In this document: in pieces, positions 56,383 through 64,000 of the stretch
How the letters are laid out: each line of letters starts with the position of its first letter
Numbering within the stretch: the stretch's first letter is position 1
Assembly (NCBI GenBank): GCA_966243015.1
Contig: CBIMES010000001.1
Coordinates: forward strand, 143,995-207,994
Source of the DNA: an uncultured bacterium
Lineage (GTDB): Bacteria; Patescibacteriota; Minisyncoccia; Phycocordibacterales; UBA6065
Reading direction: 5' to 3'
Length of the DNA: 64,000 nt
The notes under the pieces: model-generated
What the model was told of the DNA's origin: nothing
Seen by the model: the letters and a program-made list of their open reading frames with translations, nothing else
Database searches by the model: none
Made by a program: the position numbers and the translations under genes

Positions 56383-56416
56383 AAGGCCGTCCAGCGTACG
56401 CTGGACGGCCTTTTCA
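56383..56416 (+). terminator. Rho-independent terminator (26-nt perfect palindrome)
   Basis: GGCCGTCCAGCG-ta-CGCTGGACGGCC followed by TTTTCATT. Confidence 0.75.
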
Positions 56417-56540
56417 TTCGCGTACAGTGCGCCTCTTATCCACAGGCCCCTATGTGCTGCTCGCGCTTATTCTGCTACGGTGAAAAGTGGGCGGGAGTTC
56501 ATCAAAAACCAGACACAAAAATCAAACCATGAGGAAACTA

Positions 56541-57010
56541 TGAACAGGTTACCGTCGCTAGACCCGGACGTTCTTGCCCTGGGTGCCTCTTCGTCCACTG
56601 CCGGTGTCGTTCCGACATTTGGGGGCATACCGGGTGTGGCGGAGAAGATAGAGAGGCTCCGGATCATCGATCCGGAATTCGATGACTACATCGCCAGCAT
56701 TCCCACCGTAAGGGTGTTCGTCAATGAGGATCATCTCGCCCTCAAGGGCAAGATTCTTCTGTCGCACATCGACGAGGAGGGAGGTGGTCGCGAGGCTGCC
56801 ATCATCATGGTCGAACGGGGGAGCGGCGTTAAGTCCGCCCTCATCTTCGTTCGCAGGCATGTAAACGGATACGGTAACGAGTGGGCCATTCCAGCAGGCC
56901 CCCTCAGCCCTGGTCTCCAGAAGTGGTCGAGCAAGGCCGTTATCGAGCTCAATGACTCCGAGCTCGGCAGCGTCATGCTCGCCCTCTATGGATACAGGTC
57001 ACCCCATTAA
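56541..57010 (+). CDS. hypothetical protein
   Basis: 156 aa with no recognisable motif. Confidence 0.35.
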
Positions 57011-57034
57011 ATTTTCGCGGGATTTGATGTGTTC

Positions 57035-57072
57035 AGCCGGTTGGTCGCATGCGACCAACCGGCTTTTTATTA
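57035..57072 (+). terminator. Rho-independent terminator
   Basis: AGCCGGTTGGTCGC-atg-CGACCAACCGGCT followed by TTTTATT. Confidence 0.75.
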
Positions 57073-57102
57073 CGGTCCTTATTGCTTGGGTTCACAAAAA
57101 CG

Positions 57103-57138
57103 AAAACCGCGCCAGTACTGGCGCGGTTTTCGTTTTTG
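57103..57138. terminator. bidirectional terminator adjacent to the tRNA-Glu 3' end
   Basis: AAAACCGCGCC-agtact-GGCGCGGTTTT flanked by A/T runs on both sides. Confidence 0.7.
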
Positions 57139-57210
57139 TGACCCTACAGGGAATCGAACCCTGATTTAAAGCTTGAGAAGCTTCCGTCCTAGCCGTTAGA
57201 CGATAGGGCC
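57139..57210 (-). tRNA. tRNA-Glu (anticodon CTC)
   Basis: The reverse complement folds as a cloverleaf with acceptor stem GGCCCTA/TAGGGTC, D-loop AACGGCTA, anticodon loop TTCTCAA and T-loop TTCGATT. Confidence 0.7.
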
Positions 57211-57258
57211 GTGCGAAATATACTACAGTAAAACCCTAAAATGTTCAATATCTCGATG

Positions 57259-57292
57259 AAAAAGGGCCCGCCGGAGTGCGGCGGGCCCTGAA
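57259..57292 (-). terminator. Rho-independent terminator
   Basis: AGGGCCCGCCG-cact-CGGCGGGCCCT followed by TTTTTCAT on the minus strand. Confidence 0.7.
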
Positions 57293-57301
57293 GGGTGGAC
57301 T

Positions 57302-57643
57302 CTATTCAATTATGTCGCCCAGTCGACGGCGTTCCGCGCGGAGCTGGTCCCCGAGGTCCTGGATGGTTGCCGAGGACCTGAGGAGGTCGATGTCGCCGAG
57401 CCGTGAGAGCTTTGCGCGGAGGTCGCCCAGACTGTCGATGAGGGCGGTCGTGTCGCGCCTTGCCTTTTCGTCCGTCATCTGGCGCAACGAGTCTTCGAGC
57501 CCGGCGACAATCCCTCTGACGAGGGTCTCGCCGGCGTCGGCCTGCTGGGTGATGTCCGACTGGGTCCTTCTGAGGGATTCTGACGTTTCGTCGAGGCGCG
57601 AGATGGCTGATGTGAGTCCTGAGAGGTCAATGTTCTGGAGCAT
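57302..57643 (-). CDS. hypothetical coiled-coil protein
   Basis: 113 aa, alpha-helical, rich in Leu/Asp/Arg. Confidence 0.4.
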   Translation of the reverse strand: MLQNIDLSGLTSAISRLDETSESLRRTQSDITQQADAGETLVRGIVAGLEDSLRQMTDEKARRDTTALIDSLGDLRAKLSRLGDIDLLRSSATIQDLGDQLRAERRRLGDIIE

Positions 57644-57773
57644 GGGTGAGGGTGTTCTGCTATATATTATACCACTTTTAAAATAAAAATCAAGTATAGG
57701 TCGGACCGTATCTTAGAGGGCGCTCTGGGGCCGCGCCGTGATAGTATTGAAGGGTCTGTTATAGAGTAATAAA

Positions 57774-58328
57774 TTGCCACTTATGTATATTTTCCTTATT
57801 GTCCTTGGCGTCATCGTCCTCTGGGCGGTGCTTGCCTACAACGGCTTCGTCCGCAAGGTGAACCACGTGAAAGAGTCGTGGGCAGATATCGACGTGCAGC
57901 TCAAGAGGCGCTATGACCTGATCCCGAATCTCGTCAACACGGTGAAGGGCTACGCGACCCACGAGACCAAGACCTTCGAGAGTGTCACCGCCGCTCGCTC
58001 TGCGGCTATGGGCGCTGGCGGCGCGCACGACAAGGCGGTCGCCGAGAATCAGCTCGTCGGTGCGCTCAGGTCCGTTTTTGCCATCGCTGAGGCATATCCA
58101 GAGCTCAAGGCCAATCAGAACTTCCTCGAGCTTCAGCGCGAGCTCTCCGACACCGAGAACAAGATTCAGTCCGCCCGACGCTTCTACAACTCGAACGTCA
58201 TGACCCTCAACACCGCGGTCGACTCGTTCCCGGGCAATGTCATCGCCAAGAACTTCGGATTCGCCAAGTCAGAGTACTTCGAGCTTACCGAGGAGGCTGC
58301 AAAGCAGCCTGTTGAAGTTAAGTTCTAA
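57774..58328 (+). CDS. lemA: LemA family protein
   Basis: N-terminal TM followed by the LemA core (YNGFVRKVNHVKESWADIDVQLKRRYDLIPNLV). Confidence 0.85.
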   Translation: MPLMYIFLIVLGVIVLWAVLAYNGFVRKVNHVKESWADIDVQLKRRYDLIPNLVNTVKGYATHETKTFESVTAARSAAMGAGGAHDKAVAENQLVGALRSVFAIAEAYPELKANQNFLELQRELSDTENKIQSARRFYNSNVMTLNTAVDSFPGNVIAKNFGFAKSEYFELTEEAAKQPVEVKF

Positions 58329-59246
58329 ATGAATCTCTACACCCAACAGTCCCACAATGTCTGGAAGACCTGGACTCTCATGTCCGTGTTCTTCATCATG
58401 GTCATGGCGCTCGGTTTCGTGTTCTCGCGCGTGTACGGTAACGTGAACTTTCTGTACGTCGCTGTACTCCTGAGCGTCGCCATGAACGTCGCAAGCTACT
58501 GGTACTCGGACAAGATTGTCCTTCGCATGTCGGGCGCGAGGGAGGCAAGCCGCGACGAGCATCGCGAGCTCTGGAACGTCACCGAGAACCTCGCTATCGC
58601 GGCAGGCCTGCCGATGCCTCGCCTCTACGTCATCGAGGACGAGGCCCCGAACGCCTTTGCCACGGGCAGGAACAAGGAGCACGGGGCGGTGGCCGTCACG
58701 ACGGGCCTTCTCGCCGCCCTCGACAGAAGCGAGCTTGAGGGGGTCGTGGCGCACGAACTCGCCCATATCGGGAATCGCGATATTCTCCTTCAGACGGTCG
58801 TGGTTATCCTTGTCGGTTTCATCACCTTGCTTTCTGACTTCTTCATGCGCATGGGGTTCTTGAGCAATAGGGACAACGACAGGGGAGGCGGGCAGGTGCA
58901 GCTCATTATCACGATCGTCGGCATCGTCCTCGCAGTCCTCTCGCCGATCGTCGCGGTCATCATACAGCTCGCCATCTCGCGCAAGAGAGAGTTTCTCGCC
59001 GATTCTACGGGCGCGCTTATGACAAGGTATCCCGAGGGTCTCGCGAGCGCGCTTCGAAAAATTGAGGGTAGCGGTCTCCGCATGCGCAAGGCGAATCACG
59101 CCACGGCACACCTCTTTATCTCCGATCCCTTTACGGGCGAGGGTAAGAAGGTCGGCTTCCTGACCAGGCTCTTCATGACCCATCCGCCGACCGAGGAGCG
59201 CGTGGCGGCCCTTCTGGGAGGCGGAGGTGCGGTCCAGACAAAATAA
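58329..59246 (+). CDS. htpX: zinc metalloprotease HtpX (M48)
   Basis: HELAHIGNRD (HExxH), four TM helices and the C-terminal glutamate region; tightly coupled to lemA. Confidence 0.85.
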   Translation: MNLYTQQSHNVWKTWTLMSVFFIMVMALGFVFSRVYGNVNFLYVAVLLSVAMNVASYWYSDKIVLRMSGAREASRDEHRELWNVTENLAIAAGLPMPRLYVIEDEAPNAFATGRNKEHGAVAVTTGLLAALDRSELEGVVAHELAHIGNRDILLQTVVVILVGFITLLSDFFMRMGFLSNRDNDRGGGQVQLIITIVGIVLAVLSPIVAVIIQLAISRKREFLADSTGALMTRYPEGLASALRKIEGSGLRMRKANHATAHLFISDPFTGEGKKVGFLTRLFMTHPPTEERVAALLGGGGAVQTK

Positions 59247-59281
59247 TGTATACTGACGGTATAACCCTATTCACGAAACTC

Positions 59282-59692
59282 ATGAAAAAGATACTCATCG
59301 GAATTGTCGTCGTCGCAGTTGTCGCCGCGGGCGTCTGGTTCGCGACCAAGGGCGGCGCGACCGCCCAGATCACCGGTACCGCAAGCTACTCTGACCAGGT
59401 GGATCTCCCTGCGGGAAGCGCCGTCGAGTACGTCCTCATCGACGTGTCGGAGTCGGGCGTCGACTCAGAGACGCTTGCCCAGAAGACCGTCATCACTAAG
59501 GGAGAGGGCTCTCCGTTCTCGTTCGTCCTCGAGTACAACCCAAAGGATATCAATCCGCAGGGCGAGTACTCTGTCGGTGCCCGCGTCCGTGTGAACGGCA
59601 ACATCTGGTGGACCAGCACCTCGAACACGCTCGTCATAACCAACGGTCACCCGACCGAGGGAGTCGAGATTAATCTCGTGAACGTTCGATAG
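59282..59692 (+). CDS. hypothetical secreted protein
   Basis: Signal peptide MKKILIGIVVVAVVAAGVWFA, then a beta-rich domain. Confidence 0.4.
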   Translation: MKKILIGIVVVAVVAAGVWFATKGGATAQITGTASYSDQVDLPAGSAVEYVLIDVSESGVDSETLAQKTVITKGEGSPFSFVLEYNPKDINPQGEYSVGARVRVNGNIWWTSTSNTLVITNGHPTEGVEINLVNVR

Positions 59693-59714
59693 TTTTCGGT
59701 CTTATACGTCAAGG

Positions 59715-59750
59715 AAAAGCCCCGCCATTCGGTGGGGCTTTTCCTTGCTG
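59715..59750. terminator. bidirectional Rho-independent terminator
   Basis: AAAAGCCCCGCC-attc-GGTGGGGCTTTT between convergent genes. Confidence 0.7.
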
Positions 59751-59752
59751 GC

Positions 59753-60556
59753 CTATATGCGAGCCTTGATGATGCGTGCCCAGGCTTTAACGCGGGAGAT
59801 GCCGTATCGTGGGTACTGCTTTCGGTGCTTTTTTATGATCTCGAGATGCTCGGTCGCGGCCTTGAGCTTTCTCTCCTTGGTGATGCCACCGCCGTGCTCG
59901 CGGTACCCTGTGGTGTACTCGGGGAGGTTGGCGAGGGTGCCTTGTGTGCCCATCTTGAGCCAGAGGTCATAGTCGTCGTTCACGCGATACGTCGCGTCGT
60001 ATCCGCCGGACGCGCGGGCGGCGTCGAGTCGGTACATGATGCTCGACTGGGCGAACTGGTTGCGAAGGAGGAGGTGGTTTCGGATGCCGGCGTCAGTCGT
60101 CTCGTACTCGAATCGGCCTATCTTTGAGTCTTTCTCATCAATAACGTTGACGAAAGTGCCGACCGCCACGCAGTCGGGATTCGCGGTCATGTGAGCGACC
60201 TGCTTCTCGAGCTTTCGGTCGTCGGACCACACGTCGTCACTGTCGAGCACGGCGACGTAGGTGCCGCGAGCGAGGGTGAGTCCCGAGTTTCTGTTCTCGG
60301 CGATACCCTTGTTCTCTGCGTGACGGACATAGGTGACGCGGGGGTCAGTCGCTGCGATCGCCTTCACGACCTCCTCGGTGTTGTCCGTCGATCCGTCGTC
60401 GAGGACGAGGAGCTCCCAGTCGCGGAAGGTCTGCCAGAGAGCGCTCTCGAGGGCGAGGCCGATGTAGGCGGCGCGATTGTACGTCGCCACGAGGATGGTG
60501 ACGAGTGGCGCCTTTCCGCTCGCGCTGCCGGCCATGTTGTTTACAAGCGTGTCCAT
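59753..60556 (-). CDS. family 2 glycosyltransferase
   Basis: LVTILVATYNRAAYIGLALESALWQTF...LLVLDDGSTDNT (GT-A DxD region); start uncertain (60556 or 60535). Confidence 0.75.
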   Translation of the reverse strand: MDTLVNNMAGSASGKAPLVTILVATYNRAAYIGLALESALWQTFRDWELLVLDDGSTDNTEEVVKAIAATDPRVTYVRHAENKGIAENRNSGLTLARGTYVAVLDSDDVWSDDRKLEKQVAHMTANPDCVAVGTFVNVIDEKDSKIGRFEYETTDAGIRNHLLLRNQFAQSSIMYRLDAARASGGYDATYRVNDDYDLWLKMGTQGTLANLPEYTTGYREHGGGITKERKLKAATEHLEIIKKHRKQYPRYGISRVKAWARIIKARI

Positions 60557-61452
60557 GATGGGGGGATGAGATCCTTGTACCAGTCGTCGTTGTGCTCGTT
60601 GGCCCAGCGTTTCGGCGCGACGACGATCTTCTCTGGGTTCTGGCCGAGCCACGCGCCCCACCAGCTGAAGGTCGAGTTGGCGATGATGTGATGCTGGCAG
60701 GCGCTCATGAGGGCCATCTCTTCGGCAGGGGTCATGTCAGGCGACGAGACGAAAGCGGTTGGGCAGGGGAAGGAGAGGTTGCGTCGAGCCCATTCGATGT
60801 CGTCCGAGAAGACGTAGAGGCTCGGTACGGCCAGGACTCCGCGCACGCGGGCTCGGTCGTCCATCTTCTCTGCCACGTCCATGAGCGCTCGCTCGTAGTA
60901 CTTCGCGTCGCAGGTCCCGTGATGCTCGCCGGTCGCCTTGTCGCTCACGTAGTCGCCGCGGCGCACGTGAAGGGAGACCGCGTTGTGATTCTCGGTGATG
61001 GCCTTGAACCAGTCGCGGGCCGTCGCCCCTGGCGGTTTTGCCAGGGTGAAGTCGTCGCGGATGGCCTTCTCGAAGTCCTTGAAGTAGTCCTCGGTCTGCC
61101 AGAATCCGTCGAGGTAGACGTCGCCCCTCCGGTCGAGGACGGCGGGGTCGAAGTTGATATAAAATTTCCTCAAAACCTTTGCCTTGAAGAGTCTCCAGGC
61201 CTTTGAGATGGAGCCAAAGGGGTATTTGATACGCAGGATTTCGTCTGCCGAGGCGAGTGGGGCATCGACGTTGAACGAGCGCAGGTCGAAGGTGCGGACG
61301 GTCTCGCCCGAGGTGATGCGGTCGAAGCCCGTGGCGTCGAGCTTGAGGGTGCCATCCTCGCCCCGCTCCTTCATGCGCAGCGATAGGGCGCGTCCGCAGG
61401 CGTACTGGAACATCTGATTGCCGAGGCCGCCCTTGAGATTGACGATGATCAT
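60541..61452 (-). CDS. alpha-1,2-fucosyltransferase (GT11 family)
   Basis: GT11 motif I MIIVNLKGGLGNQMFQYACG and the downstream conserved blocks (HVRRGDY). Confidence 0.8.
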   Translation of the reverse strand: MIIVNLKGGLGNQMFQYACGRALSLRMKERGEDGTLKLDATGFDRITSGETVRTFDLRSFNVDAPLASADEILRIKYPFGSISKAWRLFKAKVLRKFYINFDPAVLDRRGDVYLDGFWQTEDYFKDFEKAIRDDFTLAKPPGATARDWFKAITENHNAVSLHVRRGDYVSDKATGEHHGTCDAKYYERALMDVAEKMDDRARVRGVLAVPSLYVFSDDIEWARRNLSFPCPTAFVSSPDMTPAEEMALMSACQHHIIANSTFSWWGAWLGQNPEKIVVAPKRWANEHNDDWYKDLIPPSWTRL

Positions 61453-61468
61453 GGGGATTCTGTGGTGA

Positions 61469-62386
61469 TTATGGCTGTATGAGGGAAGAGAGCTCAGTCG
61501 CGCGCTCGCTTGGCACGAAGACGAGGTTGTCATAGGTATAGTCGTCGCGCGTGACGTGCTTCCTGAGGAAGCCCTCGGTCGATATCTCGTAGGGGGCGTA
61601 TCCCGCTGCGAGGAGCAGGTCGAATGCCTCGCTTCGGTTCTTTGCCCAGGCGCTGCCCCCGGCGACCTCGAGAGTGACGACCGGTCGTCCCGTGCCTGGA
61701 GTCGCGAGCAGGTCGGTCGCGCCGCGGAGCACGCTTGCCTCGAAGCCCTCTGCGTCGATTTTGAGGATGTCTGGTCGGATGGTTTTCTCGGCGCAGTACT
61801 CGTCGAGGGTGAGGCTCTGCACGGTGGTCATGGTCGGCTTTCGCGACATCTCGGGCGCGCCGTCAGGGTGCGCGCTGTTGTACGCGCCATATCCCGCGCC
61901 GTAGTCGGCAAAGGAGAGGGACCTGGCTCGCTCTGACACGGCGCTGTTGTTGAGGGTGACGTTCGAAAGGCCCGCCGCGTTCTCGGAAAGGAGTCGGAAC
62001 GTCCAAGGCGTCGGCTCGAAGCTGTGGACCTGGCCCGTCGAGCCCACGAGCTCGGCGAGGAAGGTCGTGTAGAAGCCGACGTGCGCGCCGACGTCGACGA
62101 AGGTCATGCCCTCCTTCGCGTATCTGAGGAAGAAGTTCGTGAGATTCGCCTCGCAGTAGCCGTAGTAGTAGAAGGTATTTCCCTCGGGCAGGTAGCATCG
62201 CATGCGGGTGCCCCACAGGGTCTTGAATGATACCTTATATGGCTTGAGGTGGCCGAGAGCCGCGAGAACATAGAAGGGCGCTGCCCTGAAGGGATCCTTG
62301 GCCAGTCGCGCGAGTCTGCCGAGGGGCCTGAGTGCCTCTCGCTCGGTGACGGTCCTTATCATCTCCTGTCGTGCTGCGTCGGTCAT
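61469..62386 (-). CDS. FkbM family methyltransferase
   Basis: FVDVGAHVGFYTTFLA...VHSFEP, an FkbM-type SAM-binding pattern. Confidence 0.7.
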   Translation of the reverse strand: MTDAARQEMIRTVTEREALRPLGRLARLAKDPFRAAPFYVLAALGHLKPYKVSFKTLWGTRMRCYLPEGNTFYYYGYCEANLTNFFLRYAKEGMTFVDVGAHVGFYTTFLAELVGSTGQVHSFEPTPWTFRLLSENAAGLSNVTLNNSAVSERARSLSFADYGAGYGAYNSAHPDGAPEMSRKPTMTTVQSLTLDEYCAEKTIRPDILKIDAEGFEASVLRGATDLLATPGTGRPVVTLEVAGGSAWAKNRSEAFDLLLAAGYAPYEISTEGFLRKHVTRDDYTYDNLVFVPSERATELSSLIQP

Positions 62387-63597
62387 GGGTTTATGTTGCG
62401 GCGTGAGGTGAGTTCCCGGTAGAGATTCCCGTAGGCCTGTGTCATATGGCTTATATCATACCCTGTCCGTATCTTTTGTGCAGATGCAAAGGACATCGCC
62501 CTGAGCTGCGCGGTGTCGAGCGAGAGTATCCAGTCGAGGCCTCCGGCGAGGGCCTTCGTGTCCTCGTACGGGGCGACGAAGCCGTTCTCCCGATGGGTCA
62601 CGACCTCCTTCACTCCACCCACATCGAATGCGGCGACGGGGAGGCCGCAGCTCATGGCCTCGAGGACGACGAGTGGGAAGTTCTCGGCGATTGAGGTGAA
62701 GAGCAGGGCGTCGGCCGCGCTGTAGTAGAGGGCGAGCGTCTTCTTGTCGCTCACATGGCCGACGTACTGGACGAGTCCCTCGTTCGCGTGATCGCCGAGG
62801 TTGCCCACGCAGAGGAAAAGGGTATCGCCGGCGTTGGCGAGGGCGGCGCGGTCAATGATGGCCTGGGTGTGCTTCCAGCCCTTCCAGGTGTTGTCCTTGG
62901 CGTCGACTGCGAGGAAGAGGACAATCTTCTTGTTCTGGGGCAAGCTCAGGGCTGTGCGGGCCCCTGCCTTGTCGGTTCGGGTGAAGGTCGCGGTGTCGAT
63001 GCCGTTTGGGATGAGGCGAATGTCCTGTGTCGCGAGTGTTGTATTGCGTGCTCGATCCTCGAGCCACTTCGACGGGGTCACGACGTGGAAGCGCGACGAC
63101 TCGTAGATGCGGTTCTTCCAGCGGGCGAGGCGCGCGCTGTTGTCCCAGAGGATGCGCGGCGCCACGTCCTTGCTCGGGCAGACGTACAGGCTGTTTGCCA
63201 TATTCGTTCCCTCCATCGTATAGGCGCAGTGCGGGGTGAGAGCCCACTCGTCGTGCAGGGTCCAGACGACGGGTTTGAGCGCCGACATCTTTTTGAGCGT
63301 GCCGAGGTTAAAGAAGCGGCCGTGCAGGTTGTGGCAGTGAACAATGTCTGCCTCCTTGAACTCCGGAGTGTCGAGAATCCAGTCGCTCGAGAGGAGGCTC
63401 TCGGTGGCGAGGAGGAAGCCGAGATACCTTCGCCATGCCTGGCGGGGAATGACCTTCACGCGCGGATCGTCGCTGCGTTTGTCCGCCACAAACATTGAGG
63501 TTGTGTGGCCGAGTGATTCGAGGTATGACTTGAGCTCCCACGACACCTTTGCCGCGCCGCCCAGTATGTCCGTCGTTCCTATGAAAAGTACGTTCAT
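62383..63597 (-). CDS. family 4 (GT-B) glycosyltransferase
   Basis: Glycos_transf_1 C-terminal motif (FPLVVLEAMSCGLPVAAFDVGGVKEVV, E-x7-E); start overlaps the preceding gene's stop. Confidence 0.8.
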   Translation of the reverse strand: MNVLFIGTTDILGGAAKVSWELKSYLESLGHTTSMFVADKRSDDPRVKVIPRQAWRRYLGFLLATESLLSSDWILDTPEFKEADIVHCHNLHGRFFNLGTLKKMSALKPVVWTLHDEWALTPHCAYTMEGTNMANSLYVCPSKDVAPRILWDNSARLARWKNRIYESSRFHVVTPSKWLEDRARNTTLATQDIRLIPNGIDTATFTRTDKAGARTALSLPQNKKIVLFLAVDAKDNTWKGWKHTQAIIDRAALANAGDTLFLCVGNLGDHANEGLVQYVGHVSDKKTLALYYSAADALLFTSIAENFPLVVLEAMSCGLPVAAFDVGGVKEVVTHRENGFVAPYEDTKALAGGLDWILSLDTAQLRAMSFASAQKIRTGYDISHMTQAYGNLYRELTSRRNINP

Positions 63598-64000
63598 GAT
63601 CGTGCGAAGAATTTTTTAAGGCGAGGCATCACTCGACTTTGCCACGCGTAGCGAATCCTGCGAGCGAGGGTCGCCTCGTAGATGGTCTTGAACAGATACG
63701 CGTCGGCGGCGTCGTCGGCCTCGATGCGATTGGGGTGCACGAGGGGGTTGTCGATTGGTGACGCCTTCTGGTCCATGTCACGCTCCGCCTTGGCGGTGTG
63801 CGTTGAGTCTGCGCCAAAGCCGATGTTCTGGACGAGGTTCACGTTCGGGGTTATCGAGAGCCCGTTATTGTTCCAGAGGGCAAAGACCCATTTCGCGTCC
63901 CACGGCGTGCGCGTGCCGTTTCGGAGGCTCTCGAAATGGCTGAGCCACTGCCTCTGCTCCTTACCGTGCGGGCGGATGCGCGCGGCCGCGCCCGAGGCGA
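63594..64000 (-). CDS. partial CDS (3' end only), probable glycosyltransferase-associated protein
   Basis: The minus-strand frame stays open to the window edge (...WDAKWVFALWNNNGLSITPNVNLVQNIGFGADSTHT...). The listed M is a GTG internal to a longer ORF. Confidence 0.35.
   Translation of the reverse strand, partial: ASGAAARIRPHGKEQRQWLSHFESLRNGTRTPWDAKWVFALWNNNGLSITPNVNLVQNIGFGADSTHTAKAERDMDQKASPIDNPLVHPNRIEADDAADAYLFKTIYEATLARRIRYAWQSRVMPRLKKFFARS

Overview
High-GC (~60%) bacterial chromosomal segment, except for an AT-rich (~35% GC) first ~800 nt. Gene content suggests a Patescibacteria/CPR-like or other small-genome bacterium; this is inference only, because no rRNA is in the window. The inference rests on four dispersed type IV pilin-like genes sharing one [10 protein letters not shown] prepilin motif, a truncated dcw cluster, an HTH-MurA fusion, and a giant tail-fibre-like surface protein.

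Main content in order:
- (1) A copper homeostasis cluster at the AT-rich/GC-rich boundary: CsoR with a perfect operator palindrome, DUF305, CopA, an HMA-membrane protein, and a cupredoxin-like protein.
- (2) Oxidative-repair and stress genes: VOC proteins, polyprenyl synthase, MsrA, MsrB, YceI, and a PQQ-type sugar dehydrogenase.
- (3) TruB, then an ECF sigma factor translationally coupled to a membrane protein, tRNA-Asn, and TspO.
- (4) A secreted peptidoglycan-binding protein with four GYWYNGxWY repeats, next to a Cys-rich pilin.
- (5) A nitroreductase/HxlR divergent pair, HPF, and fmt-def-[hypothetical]-priA.
- (6) A LamG-domain pilin, an HTH(XRE)-MurA fusion, MreB #1, and HolB.
- (7) A ~4.5 kb gene for a ~1,500-aa secreted protein. 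It has two SGNH/GDSL esterase domains, tail-fibre-like GxGTTTPSARL repeats, and a C-terminal phage tail-spike intramolecular-chaperone (Peptidase_S74-like) domain. Its reading frame is broken inside a G9 homopolymer (32682-32690), followed by another pilin.
- (8) frr, rseP, a FAD oxidoreductase, a GT-C glycosyltransferase, a pilin, and proS.
- (9) The mreB2-mreC-mreD-PBP2 operon, then greA and lysS.
- (10) A phased array of GTGG boxes (candidate MraZ operator) upstream of mraZ-rsmH-ftsL-ftsI-murF.
- (11) A block of five lineage-specific hypothetical genes, each with its own strong terminator, abutting tRNA-Glu.
- (12) lemA-htpX.
- (13) A glycan-biosynthesis cluster: GT2, alpha-1,2-fucosyltransferase, FkbM methyltransferase, GT4, and a partial glycosyltransferase.

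No CRISPR array, rRNA, integrase or transposase was seen. Most intergenic regions carry very clean GC-rich hairpin terminators, several of them bidirectional.
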